Program-made: the position numbers and the translations under genes
DNA from: Eledone cirrhosa
Taxonomy: Eukaryota
NCBI GenBank assembly: GCA_964016885.1
Contig: CAXHJY010000054.1
Coordinates: 120,195-184,194, forward strand
Direction of reading: 5' to 3'
Length of the DNA stretch: 64,000 bases
The notes under the pieces: generated by a model
Told to the model about the DNA's origin: nothing
What the model saw: the letters and a program-made list of their open reading frames with translations, nothing else
The model's database searches: none
Part shown: piece by piece, positions 39,760 to 53,194 of the stretch
Numbering within the stretch: position 1 is the stretch's first letter
How the letters are laid out: each line of letters opens with the position of its first letter

Positions 39760-42700
39760 ATAGCTTAGCTTAGCTTAGCTTAGGATAGCTTAGCTTAGGA
39801 TAGCTTAGGATAGCTTAGCTTAGCTTAGCTTAGGATAGCTTAGCTTAGGATAGCTTAGGATAGCTTAGCTTAGCTTAGCTTAGGATAGCTTAGCTTAGCT
39901 TAGCTTAGGATAGCTTAGCTTAGCTTAGGATAGCTTAGCTTAGCTTAGCTTAGGATAGCTTAGCTTAGCTTAGCTTAGGATAGCTTAGCTTAGCTTAGCT
40001 TTGCTTAGGATAGCTTAGTTTAGCTTAGCTTAGGATAGCTTAGCTTAGCTTAGCTTAGGATAGCTTAGCTTAGCTTAGCTTAGGATAGCTTAGCTTAGCT
40101 TAGCTTAGCTTAGCTTAGCTTAGGATAGCTTAGCTTAGCTTAGCTTAGGATAGCTTAGCTTAGCTTAGCTTAGGATAGCTTAGCTTAGCTTAGCTTAGCT
40201 TAGGATAGCTTAGCTTAGGATAGCTTAGGATAGCTTAGCTTAGCTTAGCTTAGGATAGCTTAGCTTAGCTTAGCTTAGGATAGCTTAGCTTAGGATAGCT
40301 TAGCTTAGGATAGCTTAGCTTAGGATAGCTTAGGATAGCTTAGCTTAGGATAGCTTAGGATAGCTTAGCTTAGGATAGCTTAGCTTAGGATAGCTTAGGA
40401 TAGCTTAGCTTAACTTAGCTTAGCTTAGGATAGCTTAGCTTAGCTTAGGATAGCTTAGCTTAGCTTAGCTTAGGATAGCTTAGGATAGATTAGCTTAGGA
40501 TAGCTTAGCTTAGGATAGCTTAGTATAGCTTAGCTTAGCTTAGCTTAGGATAGCTTAGGATAGCTTAGGATAGATTAGCTTAGGATAGCTTAGCTTAGGA
40601 TAGATTAGGATAGCTTAGCTTAGGATAGCTTAGGATAGCTTAGCTTAGGATAGCTTAGCTTAGGATAGCTTAGGATAGCTTAGCTTAACTTAGCTTAGCT
40701 TAGGATAGCTTAGCTTAGCTTAGCTTAGGATAGCTTAGCTTAGCTTAGCTTAGGATAGCTTAGGATAGATTAGCTTAGGATAGCTTAGCTTAGGATAGCT
40801 TAGCTTAGGATAGCTTAGCTTAGCTTAGCTTAGCTTAGCTTAGGATAGCTTAGGATAGCTTAGCTTCGGATAGCTTAGGATAGCTTAGCTTAGGATAGAT
40901 TAGGATAGCTTAGCTTAGGATAGCTTAGGATAGCTTAGCTTAGGATAGCTTAGCTTAGGATAGCTTAGCTTAGGATAGCTTAGGATAGCTTAGCTTAGCT
41001 TAGCTTAGGATAGCTTAGCTTAGCTTAGCTTAGGATAGCTTAGCTTAGCTTAGGATAGCTTAGCTTAGCTTAGGATAGCTTAGCTTAGCTTAGCTTAGGA
41101 TAGCTTAGCTTAGCTTAGCTTAGGATAGCTTAGCTTAGCTTAGCTTAGGATAGCTTAGCTTAGGATAGCTTAGGATAGCTTAGCTTAGGATAGCTTAGGA
41201 TAGCTTAGCTTAGGATAGCTTAGCTTAGCTTAGCTTAGGTAGCTTAGCTTAGCTTAGGATAGCTTAGCTTAGCTTAGCTTAGGATAGCTTAGCTTAGGAT
41301 AGCTTAGGAAAGCTTAGCTTAGCTTAGCTTAGGATAGCTTAGCTTAGCTTAGCTTAGGATAGCTTAGCTTAGCTTAGTTTAGGATAGCTTAGCTTAGCTT
41401 AGCTTAGCTTAGGATAGCTTTGCTTAGCTTAGCTTAGGATAAATTAGCTTAGGATAGCTTAGTTTAGGATAGCTTAGCTTAGCTTAGCTTAGGATAGCTT
41501 AGCTTAGCTTAGCTTAGGATAGCTTAGCTTAGCTTAGCTTAGGATAGCTTAGCTTAGCTTAGCTTAGGATAGCTTAGCTAAGCTTAGCTTAGCTTAGGAT
41601 AGCTTAGCTTAGCTTAGCTTAGCTTAGCTTAGCTTGGCTTAGGATAGCTTAGCTTAGCTTAGCTTAGGATAGCTTAGCTTAGCTTAGCTTAGCTTAGCTT
41701 AGGATAGCTTAGGATAGCTTAGCTTAGGATAGCTTAGGATAGATTAGCTTAGCTTAGCTTAGGATAGCTTAGCTTAGCTTAGCTTAGGATAGCTTAGCTT
41801 AGCTTAGGATAGCTTAGCTTAGCTTAGCTTAGGATAGCTTAGCTTAGCTTAGCTTAGGATAGCTTAGCTTAGCTTAGCTTAGGATAGCTTAGCTTAGCTT
41901 AGGATAGCTTAGCTTAGCTTAGGATAGCTTAGGATAGCTTAGCTTAGCTTAGGATAGCTTAGGATAGCTTAGCTTAGGATAGCTTAGGATAGCTTAGCTT
42001 AGGATAGCTTAGGATAGCTTAGCTTAGGATAGCTTAGGATAGCTTAGCTTAGGATAGCTTAGCTTAGGATAGCTTAGGATAGATTAGCTTAGCTTAGCTT
42101 AGGATAGCTTAGCTTAGCTTAGCTTAGGATAGCTTAGCTTAGCTTAGGATAGCTTAGCTTAGCTTAGCTTAGGATAGCTTAGCTTAGCTTAGCTTAGGAT
42201 AGCTTAGCTTAGCTTAGCTTAGGATAGCTTAGCTTAGCTTAGGATAGCTTAGCTTAGCTTAGGATAGCTTAGGATAGCTTAGCTTAGCTTAGGATAGCTT
42301 AGGATAGCTTAGGATAGCTTAGCTTAGGATAGCTTAGGATAGCTTAGCTTAGCTTAGGATAGCTTAGCTTAGCTTAGCTTAGGATAGCTTAGCTTAGCTT
42401 AGCTTAGGATAGCTTAGCTTAGGTTAGCTTAGCTTAGCTTAGCTTAGGATAGGTTAGCTTAGGATAGCTTAGGATTGCTTAGCTTAGCTTAGCTTAGGAT
42501 AGCTTAGCTTAGCTTAGCTTAGGATAGCTTAGCTTAGCTTAGGATAGCTTAGCTTAGCTTAGCTTAGGATAGCTTAGCTTAGCTTAGCTTAGGATAGCTT
42601 AGCTTAGCTTAGCTTAGGATAGCTTAGCTTAGCTTAGGATAGCTTAGCTTAGCTTAGCTTAGGATAGCTTAGCTTAGCTTAGGATAGCTTAGCTTAGCTT

Positions 42701-45200
42701 AGCTTAGGATAGCTTAGCTTAGCTTAGCTTAGGTAGCTTAGCTTAGCTTAGCTTAGGATAGCTTAGCTTAGCTTAGCTTAGGATAGCTTAGCTTAGCTTA
42801 GCTTAGCTTAGCTTAGCTTAGCTTAGCTTAGCTTAGCTTAGGATAGCTTAGCTTAGCTTAGGATAGCTTACCTTAGGAGAGCTTAGCTTAGGATAGCTTA
42901 GCTTAGGATAGCTTAGCTTAGCTTAGGATAGCTTAGCTTAGCTTAGCTTAGGATAGCTTAGGATAGCTTAGCTTAGGATAGCTTAGGATAGCTTAGGATA
43001 GCTTAGCTTAGGATAGCTTAGCTTAGCTTAGCTTAGGATAGCTTAGCTTAGCTTAGCTTAGGATAGCTTAGGATAGCTTAGCTTAGGATAGCTTAGGATA
43101 GCTTAGCTTAGGATAGCTTAGGATAGCTTAGCTTAGGATAGCTTAGGATAGCTTAGCTTAGGATAGCTTAGGATAGCTTAGCTTAGGATAGCTTAGCTTA
43201 GCTTAGGATAGCTTAGCTTAGCTTAGCTTAGGATAGCTTAGCTTAGCTTAGGATAGCTTAGCTTAGCTTAGCTTAGGATAGCTTAGCTTAGCTTAGGATA
43301 GCTTAGCTTAGGATAGCTTAGGATAGCTTAGCTTAGGATAGCTTAGCTTAGGATAGCTTAGGATAGCTTAGCTTAGGATAGCTTAGGATAGCTTAGCTTA
43401 GGATAGCTTAGCTTAGCTTAGCTTAGGATAGCTTAGCTTAGCTTAGCTTAGGATAGCTTAGCTTAGCTTAGCTTAGGATAGCTTAGCTTAGCTTAGCTTC
43501 GGATAGCTTAGGATAGCTTAGCTTAGGATAGCTTAGCTTAGCTTAGCTTAGGATAGCTTAGCTTAGCTTAGCTTAGGATAGCTTAGCTTAGGATAGCTTA
43601 GGATAGCTTAGGATAGCTTAGCTTAGCTTAGCTTAGGATAGCTTAGCTTAGCTTAGCTTAGGATAGCTTAGCTTAGCTTAGGATAGCTTAGCTTAGCTTA
43701 GCTTAGGATAGCTTAGCTTAGGATAGCTTAGGAAAGCTTAGCTTAGCTTAGCTTAGGATAGCTTAGCTTAGCTTAGCTTAGGTTAGCTTAGCTTAGCTTA
43801 GGATAACTTAGCTTAGCTTAGCTTAGGATAGCTTAGCTTAGCTTAGCTTAGGATAGCTTAGGATAGCTTAGCTTAGGATAGCTTAGGATAGCTTAGCTTA
43901 GGATAGCTTAGGATAGCTTAGCTTAGGATAGCTTAGGATAGCTTAGCTTAGGATAGCTTAGCTTAGCTTAGTATAGCTTAGCTTAGCTTAGCTTAGGATA
44001 GCTTAGCTTAGCTTAGGATAGCTTAGCTTAGCTTAGCTTAGGATAGCTTAGCTTAGCTTAGGATAGCTTAGCTTAGCTTAGCTTAGGATAGCTTAGCTTA
44101 GCTTAGGATAGCTTAGCTTAGCTTAGGATAGCTTAGCTTAGCTTAGGTTGGCTTAGCTTAGCTTAGCTTAGGATAGCTTAGCTTAGGATAGCTTAGGATA
44201 GCTTAGCTTAGGATAGCTTAGGATAGCTTAGCTTAGGATAGCTTAGCTTAGGATAGCTTAGGATAGCTTAGCTTAGGATAGCTTAGGATAGCTTAGCTTA
44301 GGATAGCTTAGCTTAGCTTAGCTTAGGATAGCTTAGCTTAGCTTAGCTTAGGATAGCTTAGCTTAGCTTAGCTTAGGATAGCTTAGCTTAGCTTAGCTTC
44401 GGATAGCTTAGGATAGCTTAGCTTAGGATAGCTTAGCTTAGCTTAGCTTAGGATAGCTTAGCTTAGCTTAGCTTAGGATAGCTTAGCTTAGCTTAGCTTC
44501 GGATAGCTTAGGATAGCTTAGCTTAGGATAGCTTAGGATAGCTTAGGATAGCTTAGCTTAGCTTAGCTTAGGATAGCTTAGCTTAGCTTAGCTTAGGATA
44601 GCTTAGCTTAGCTTAGCTTAGGATAGCTTAGCTTAGCTTAGCTTAGGATAGCTTAGCTTAGGTTGGCTTAGCTTAGCTTAGCTTAGGATAGCTTAGCTTA
44701 GGATAGCTTAGGATAGCTTAGCTTAGGATAGCTTAGGATAGCTTAGCTTAGGATAGCTTAGCTTAGGATAGCTTAGGATAGCTTAGCTTAGGATAGCTTA
44801 GGATAGCTTAGCTTAGGATAGCTTAGCTTAGCTTAGCTTAGGATAGCTTAGCTTAGCTTAGCTTAGGATAGCTTAGCTTAGCTTAGCTTAGGATAGCTTA
44901 GCTTAGCTTAGCTTCGGATAGCTTAGGATAGCTTAGCTTAGGATAGCTTAGCTTAGCTTAGCTTAGGATAGCTTAGCTTAGCTTAGCTTAGGATAGCTTA
45001 GCTTAGCTTAGCTTAGGATAGCTTAGGATAGCTTAGCTTAGGATAGCTTAGGATAGCTTAGGATAGCTTAGCTTAGCTTAGCTTAGGATAGCTTAGCTTA
45101 GCTTAGCTTAGGATAGCTTAGCTTAGCTTAGCTTAGGATAGCTTAGCTTCGCTTAGCTTAGGATAGCTTAGCTTAGCTTAGCTTAGGATAGCTTAGGATA
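39760..45200 (+). repeat. Segmental duplication C, copy 2 (ends approximate)
   Basis: Same marker order as 27900-33780. The offset varies (11804, 11683, 11578, 11603, 11523, 11568, 11413), showing internal gains and losses of blocks. Confidence 0.87.
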
Positions 45201-47449
45201 GCTTAGCTTAGGATAGCTTAGGATAGCTTAGGATAGCTTAGCTTAGCTTAGCTTAGGATAGCTTAGCTTAGCTTAGCTCAGGATAGCTTAGCTTAGCTTA
45301 GCTTAGGATAGCTTATCTTAGCTTAGCTTAGGATAGCTTAGCTTAGGTTAGCTTAGGATAGCTTAGCTTAGCTTAGCTTAGGATAGCTTAGCTTAGCTTG
45401 GCTTAGGATAGCTTAGCTTAGCTTAGCTTAGGATAGCCTAGCTTAGCTTAGCTTAGTATGACTTAGCTTAGCTTAGCTTAGGATAGCTTAGCTTAGCTTA
45501 GCTTAGGATAGCTTAGCTTAGTTTAGGATAGCTTAGCTTAGCTTAGCTTAGCTTAGGATAGCTTAGGATAGCTTAGCTTAGGATAGCTTAGGATAGCTTA
45601 TCTTAGGATAGCTTAGCTTAGGATAGCTTAGCTTAGGATAGCTTCGGATAGCTTAGCTTAGGATAGCTTAGGATAGCTTAGCTTAGGATAGCTTAGGATA
45701 GCTTAGCTTAGGATAATTTAGCTTAGGATAGCTAAGGATAGCTTAGCTTAGCTTAGCTTAGGATAGCTTAGCTTAGCTTAGCTTAGGATAGCTTAGCTTA
45801 GCTTAGCTTAGGATAGCTTAGGATAGCTTAGCTTAGGATAGTTTAGGATAGCTTAGCTTAGGATAGCTTAGGATAGCTTAGCTTAGGATAGCTTAGGATA
45901 GCTTAGCTTAGGATAGCTTAGCTTAGGATAGCTTAGCTTAGGATAGCTTAGCTTAGCTTAGCTTAGGATAGCTTAGCTTAGGATAGCTTAGGATAGCTTA
46001 GGATAGCTTAGCTTAGGATAGCTTAGGATAGCTTAGCTTAGCTTAGCTTAGGATAGCTTAGCTTAGCTTAGCTTAGGATAGCTTAGCTTAGCTTAGCTTA
46101 GGATAGCTTAGCTTAGCTTAGGATAGCTTAGCTTAGCTTAGCTTAGGATAGCTTAGCTTAGCTTAGCTTAGGATAGCTTAGGATAGCTTACCTTAGGATA
46201 GCTTAGGATAGCTTAGCTTAGGATAGCTTAGCTTAGGATAGCTTAGCTTAGGATAGCTTAGCTTAGCTTAGCTTAGGATAGCTTAGCTTAGCTTAGCTTA
46301 GGATAGCTTAGCTTAGCTTAGGATAGCCTAGCTTAGCTTAGCTTAGGATAGCTTAGCTTAGCTTGGCTTAGGATAGCTTAGCTTAGCTTAGGATAGCTTA
46401 GCTTGGCTTAGCTTAGGATAGCTTAGCTTAGCTTAGCTTAGGATAGCTTAGCTTAGCTTAGCTTAGGATAGCTTAGCTTAGTTTAGGATAGCTTAGCTTA
46501 GCTTAGCTTAGGATAGCTTAGCTTAGCTTGGCTTAGGATAGCTTAGCTTAGCTTAGCTTAGGATAGCTTAGCTTAGCTTAGGATAGCTTAGGATAGCTTA
46601 GCTTAGGATAGCTTTGGATAGCTTAGCTTAGGATAGCTTAGCTTAGGATAGCTTAGCTTAGGATAGCTTAGGATATCTTAGCTTAGGATAGCTTAGCTTA
46701 GGATAGCTTAGGATAGCTTAGCTTAGCTTAGGATAGCTTAGCTTAGCTTAGCTTAGGATAGTTTAGCTTAGCTTAGCTTAGCTTAGGATAGCTTAGCTTA
46801 GCTTAGCTTAGCTTAGGATAGCTTAGCTTAGCTTAGCTTAGGATAGCTTAGGATAGCTTAGCTTAGGATAGCTTAGCTTAGGATAGCTTAGCTTAGCTTA
46901 GCTTAGGTTAGCTTAGCTTAGGATAGCTTAGGATAGCTTAGCTTAGGATAGCTTAGCTTAGGATAGCTTAGGATAACTTAGCTTAGCTTAGCTTAGGATA
47001 GCTTAGCTTAGCCTAGCTAAGGATAGCTTAGCTTAGCTTAGGATAGCTTAGCTTAGCTTAGCTTAGGATAGCTTAGCTTAGCTTAGCTTAGCTTAGGATA
47101 GCTTAGCTTAGCTTAGGATAGCTTAGGATAGCTTAGGATAGCTTAGCTTAGCTTAGCTTAGGATAGCTTAGCTTAGCTTAGCTTAGGATAGCTTAGCTTA
47201 GCTTAGCTTAGAATAGCTTAGCTTAGCTTAGGATAGCTTAGCTTAGCTTAGCTTAGGATAGCTTAGCTTAGCTTAGCTTAGGATAGCTTAGCTTAGCTTA
47301 GCTTAGGATAGCTTAGCTTAGCTTAGGATAGCTTAGCTTAGCTTAGCTTAGGATAGCTTAGCTTAGCTTAGCTTAGGATAGCTTAGCTTAGCTTAGGATA
47401 GCTTAGCTTAGCTTAGCTTAGGATAGCCTAGCTTAGCTTAGCTTAGGAT

Positions 47450-50400
47450 AGCTTAGCTTAGCTTAGCTTAGGATAGCTTAGCTTAGCTTAGCTTAGGATA
47501 GCTTAGCTTAGCTTAGCTTAGGATAGCTTAGCTTAGCTTAGCTTAGCATAGCTTAGCTTAGCATAGCTTAGCTTAGCTTAGCTTAGGATAGCTTAGCTTA
47601 GCTTAGCTTAGGAGAGCTTAGCTTAGCTTAGCTTAGGATAGCTTAGCTTAGCTTAGCTTAGGAGAGCTTAGCTTAGCTTAGCTTAGGATAGCTTAGCTTA
47701 GCTTAGCTTAGGATAGCTTAGCTTAGCTTAGCTTAGGATAGCTTAGCTTAGCTTAGCTTAGGATAGCTTAGCTTAGGATAGCTTAGCTTAGCTTAGCTTA
47801 GTATAGCTTAGCTTAGCTTAGCTTAGGATAGCTTAGCTTAGGATAGCTTAGCTTAGGATAGCTTAGCTTAAGATAGCTTAGGATAGCTTAGCTTAGGATA
47901 GCTTAGGATAGCTTAGCTTAGGATAGCTTAGCTTAGCTTAGCTTAGGATAGCTTAGCTTAGCTTAGCTTAGGATAGATTAGCTTAGCTTGGCTTAGGATA
48001 GCTTAGCTTAGCTTTGCTTAGGATAGCCTAGCTTAGCTTAGCTTAGGATGGCTTAGCTTAGATTAGCTTAGGATAGCTTAGCTTAGCTTAGCTTAGGATA
48101 GCTTAGCTTAGTTTAGGATAGCTTAGCTTAGCTTAGCTTAGCTTAGGATAGCTTAGGATAGCTTAGCTTAGGATATCTTAGGATAGCTTAGCTTAGGATA
48201 GCTTAGGATAGCTTAGCTTAGGATAGCTTAGCTTAGGTTAGCTTAGGATAGCTTAGCTTAGGATAGCTTAGGATAGCTTAGCTTAGGATAGCTTAGGATA
48301 GCTTAGCTTAGGATAGCTTAGCTTAGGATAGCTTAGGAAAGCTTAGCTTAGCTTAGCTTAGGATAGCTTAGCTTAGCTTAGCTTAGGATAGCTTAGCTTA
48401 GCTTAGCTTAGGATAGCTTAGGATAGCTTAGCTTAGGTAGCTTAGCTTAGGTTAGCTTAGCTTAGGATAGCTTAGGATAGCTTAGCTTAGGATAGCTTAG
48501 CTTAGGATAGCTTAGGATAGCTTAGCTTAGCTTAGCATAGGATAGCTTAGCTTAGCTTAGCTTAGGATAGCTTAGCTTAGCTTAGCTTAGCTTAGGATAG
48601 CTTAGCTTAGCTTAGCTTAGGATAGCTTAGGATAGCTTAGCTTAGGATAGTTTAGGATAGCTTAGCTTAGGATAGCTTAGGATAGCTTAGGATAGCTTAG
48701 CTTAGGATAGCTTAGCTTAGGCTAGCTTAGCTTAGCTTAGCTTAGGATAGCTTAGCTTAGGATAGCTTAGGATAGCTTAGCTTAGGATAGCTTAGCTTAG
48801 GATAGCTTAGGATAGCTTAGATTAGCTTAGGATAGCTTAGCTTAGCTTAGGATAGCTTAGCTTAGCTTAGGATAGCTTAGCTTAGCTTAGCTTAGGATAG
48901 CTTAGGATAGCTTAGCATAGGAGAGCTTAGCTTAGCTTAGCTTAGGATAGCTTAGCTTAGCTTAGCTTAGCTTAGGATAGCTTAGCTTAACTTAGCTTAG
49001 GATAGCTTAGCTTAGCTTAGCTTAGGATAGCTTAGCTTAGCTTAGCTTAGGATAGCTTAGCTTAGCTTAGGATAGCTTAGCTTAGCTTAGCTTAGGATAG
49101 CTTAGCTTAGCTTAGCTTAGGATAGCTTAGCTTAGCTTAGCTTAGGATAGCTTAGCTTAGCTTAGCTTAGGATAGCTTAGCTTAGCTTAGCTTAGGATAG
49201 CTTAGCTTAGCTTAGCTTAGGATAGCTTAGCTTAGCTTAGCTTAGCATAGCTTAGCTTAGCTTAGCTTAGGATAGCTTAGCTTAGCTTAGCTTAGGAGAG
49301 CTTAGCTTAGCTTAGCTTAGGATAGCTTAGCTTAGCTTAGCTTAGGAGAGCTTAGCTTAGCTTAGCTTAGGATAGCTTAGCTTAGCTTAGCTTAGGATAG
49401 CTTAGCTTAGCTTAGCTTAGGATAGCTTAGCTTAGCTTAGCTTAGGATAGCTTAGCTTAGCTTAGCTTAGCTTAGGATAGCTTAGCTTAGCTTAGCTTAG
49501 TATAGCTTAGCTTAGCCTAGCTTAGGATAGCTTAGCTTAGGATAGCTTAGCTTAGGATAGCTTAGCTTAAGATAGCTTAGGATAGCTTAGCTTAGGATAG
49601 CTTAGGATAGCTTAGCTTAGGATAGCTTAGCTTAGCTTAGCTTAGGATAGCTTAGCTTAGCTTAGCTTAGGATAGATTAGCTTAGCTTGGCTTAGGATAG
49701 CTTAGCTTAGCTTTGCTTAGGATAGCCTAGCTTAGCTTAGCTTAGGATGGCTTAGCTTAGCTTAGCTTAGGATAGCTTAGCTTAGCTTAGCTTAGGATAG
49801 CTTAGCTTAGTTTAGGATAGCTTAGCTTAGCTTAGCTTAGCTTAGGATAGCTTAGGATAGCTTAGCTTAGGATATCTTAGGATAGCTTAGCTTAGGATAG
49901 CTTAGGATAGCTTAGCTTAGGATAGCTTAGCTTAGCTTAGCTTAGCTTAGCTTAGGATAGATTAGCTTAGCTTGGCTTAGGATAGCTTAGCTTAGCTTTG
50001 CTTAGGATAGCCTAGCTTAGCTTAGCTTAGGATGGCTTAGCTTAGCTTAGCTTAGGATAGCTTAGCTTAGCTTAGCTTAGGATAGCTTAGCTTAGTTTAG
50101 GATAGCTTAGCTTAGCTTAGCTTAGCTTAGGATAGCTTAGGATAGCTTAGCTTAGGATATCTTAGGATAGCTTAGCTTAGGATAGCTTAGGATAGCTTAG
50201 CTTAGGATAGCTTAGCTTAGGTTAGCTTAGGATAGCTTAGCTTAGGATAGCTTAGGATAGCTTAGCTTAGGATAGCTTAGGATAGCTTAGCTTAGGATAG
50301 CTTAGCTTAGGATAGCTTAGGAAAGCTTAGCTTAGCTTAGCTTAGGATAGCTTAGCTTAGCTTAGCTTAGGATAGCTTAGCTTAGCTTAGCTTAGGATAG

Positions 50401-52700
50401 CTTAGGATAGCTTAGCTTAGGATAGCTTAGCTTAGGTTAGCTTAGCTTAGGATAGCTTAGGATAGCTTAGCTTAGGATAGCTTAGCTTAGGATAGCTTAG
50501 GATAGCTTAGCTTAGCTTAGCATAGGATAGCTTAGCTTAGCTTAGCTTAGGATAGCTTAGCTTAGCTTAGCTTAGCTTAGGATAGCTTAGCTTAGCTTAG
50601 CTTAGGATAGCTTAGGATAGCTTAGCTTAGGATAGTTTAGGATAGCTTAGCTTAGGATAGCTTAGGATAGCTTAGGATAGCTTAGCTTAGGATAGCTTAG
50701 CTTAGGATAGCTTAGCTTAGCTTAGCTTAGGATAGCTTAGCTTAGGATAGCTTAGGATAGCTTAGCTTAGGATAGCTTAGCTTAGGATAGCTTAGCTTAG
50801 CTTAGGATAGCTTAGCTTAGCTTAGGATAGCTTAGCTTAGCTTAGGATAGCTTAGCTTAGCTTAGCTTAGGATAGCTTAGGATAGCTTAGCTTAGGAGAG
50901 CTTAGCTTAGCTTAGCTTAGGATAGCTTAGCTTAGCTTAGCTTAGCTTAGGATAGCTTAGCTTAACTTAGCTTAGGATAGCTTAGCTTAGCTTAGCTTAG
51001 GATAGCTTAGCTTAGCTTAGCTTAGGATAGCTTAGGATAGCTTAGGATAGCTTACCTTAGGAGAGCTTAGCTTAGGATAGCTTAGCTTAGGATAGCTTAG
51101 GATAGCTTAGCTTAGGATAGCTTAGCTTAGGATAGCTTAGCTTAGCTTAGCTTAGGATAGCTTAGCTTAGCTTAGCTTAGGATAGCTTAGCTTAGCTTAG
51201 CTTAGGATAGCTTAGGATAGCTTAGCTTAGGATAGCTTAGGATAGCTTAGCTTAGGATAGCTTAGGATAGCTTAGCTTAGGATAGCTTAGGATAGCTTAG
51301 CTTAGGATAGCTTAGGATAGCTTAGCTTAGGATAGCTTAGCTTAGGATAGCTTAGCTTAGCTTAGCTTAGGATAGCTTAGCTTAGCTTAGCTTAGGATAG
51401 ATTAGCTTAGCTTGGCTTAGGATAGCTTAGCTTAGCTTTGCTTAGGATAGCCTAGCTTAGCTTAGCTTAGGATGGCTTAGCTTAGCTTAGCTTAGGATAG
51501 CTTAGCTTAGCTTAGCTTAGGATAGCTTAGCTTAGTTTAGGATAGCTTAGCTTAGCTTAGCTTAGCTTAGGATAGCTTAGGATAGCTTAGCTTAGGATAT
51601 CTTAGGATAGCTTAGCTTAGGATAGCTTAGGATAGCTTAGCTTAGGATAGCTTAGCTTAGGTTAGCTTAGGATAGCTTAGCTTAGGATAGCTTAGGATAG
51701 CTTAGCTTAGGATAGCTTAGGATAGCTTAGCTTAGGATAGCTTAGCTTAGGATAGCTTAGGAAAGCTTAGCTTAGCTTAGCTTAGGATAGCTTAGCTTAG
51801 CTTAGCTTAGGATAGCTTAGCTTAGCTTAGCTTAGGATAGCTTAGGATAGCTTAGCTTAGGATAGCTTAGCTTAGGTTAGCTTAGCTTAGGATAGCTTAG
51901 GATAGCTTAGCTTAGGATAGCTTAGCTTAGGATAGCTTAGGATAGCTTAGCTTAGCTTAGCATAGGATAGCTTAGCTTAGCTTAGCTTAGGATAGCTTAG
52001 CTTAGCTTAGCTTAGCTTAGGATAGCTTAGCTTAGCTTAGCTTAGCTTAGGATAGCTTAGCTTAGGATAGTTTAGGATAGCTTAGCTTAGGATAGCTTAG
52101 GATAGCTTAGGATAGCTTAGCTTAGGATAGCTTAGCTTAGGATAGCTTAGCTTAGCTTAGCTTAGGATAGCTTAGCTTAGGATAGCTTAGGATAGCTTAG
52201 CTTAGGATAGCTTAGCTTAGCTTAGGATAGCTTAGCTTAGCTTAGGATAGCTTAGCTTAGCTTAGGATAGCTTAGCTTAGCTTAGCTTAGGAGAGCTTAG
52301 CTTAGCTTAGCTTAGGATAGCTTAGCTTAGCTTAGCTTAGCTTAGGATAGCTTAGCTTAACTTAGCTTAGGATAGCTTAGCTTAGCTTAGCTTAGGATAG
52401 CTTAGCTTAGCTTAGCTTAGGATAGCTTAGGATAGCTTAGGATAGCTTACCTTAGGAGAGCTTAGCTTAGGATAGCTTAGCTTAGGATAGCTTAGGATAG
52501 CTTAGCTTAGGATAGCTTAGCTTAGGATAGCTTAGCTTAGCTTAGCTTAGGATAGCTTAGCTTAGCTTAGCTTAGGATAGCTTAGCTTAGCTTAGCTTAG
52601 GATAGCTTAGGATAGCTTAGCTTAGGATAGCTTAGGATAGCTTAGCTTAGGATAGCTTAGGATAGCTTAGCTTAGGATAGCTTAGGATAGCTTAGCTTAG
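47450..52700 (+). repeat. Tandem 1.4-2.0-kb higher-order repeat, about 3 copies, with a nested 285-bp duplication
   Basis: GCTTT/GCCTA/GGATG cassette at 48011, 49710, 49995, 51435; GGAAA at 48336, 50320, 51760; GCATA-GGATA at 48535, 50520, 51960 (last two copies 1440 bp apart); CCTTA-GGAGA at 51055, 52450. Confidence 0.87.
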
Positions 52701-53194
52701 GATAGCTTAGCTTAGGATAGCTTAGCTTAGCTTAGCTTAGGATAGCTTAGCTTGGGATAGCTTAGGATAGCTTAGCTTAGGATAGCTTAGGATAGCTTAG
52801 CTTAGGATAGATTAGGATAGCTTAGCTTAGGATAGCTTAGGATAGCTTAGCTTAGGATAGCTTAGCTTAGGATAGCTTAGCTTAGCTTAGCTTAGGATAG
52901 CTTAGCTTGGGATAGCTTAGGATAGCTTAGCTTAGGATAGCTTAGGATAGCTTAGCTTAGCTTAGCTTAGGATAGCTTAGTTTAGCTTAGCTTAGGATAG
53001 CTTAGCTTAGCTTAGGATAGCTTAGCTTAGCTTAGCTTAGGATAGCTTAGCTTAGCTTAGCTTAGGATAGCTTAGCTTAGCTTAGCTTAGGATAGCTTAG
53101 CTTAGCATAGCTTAGCTTAGGATAGCTTAGCTTAGGATAGCTTAGCTTAGGATAGCTTAGGATAGCTTAGCTTAGGATAGCTTAGCTTAGGATA

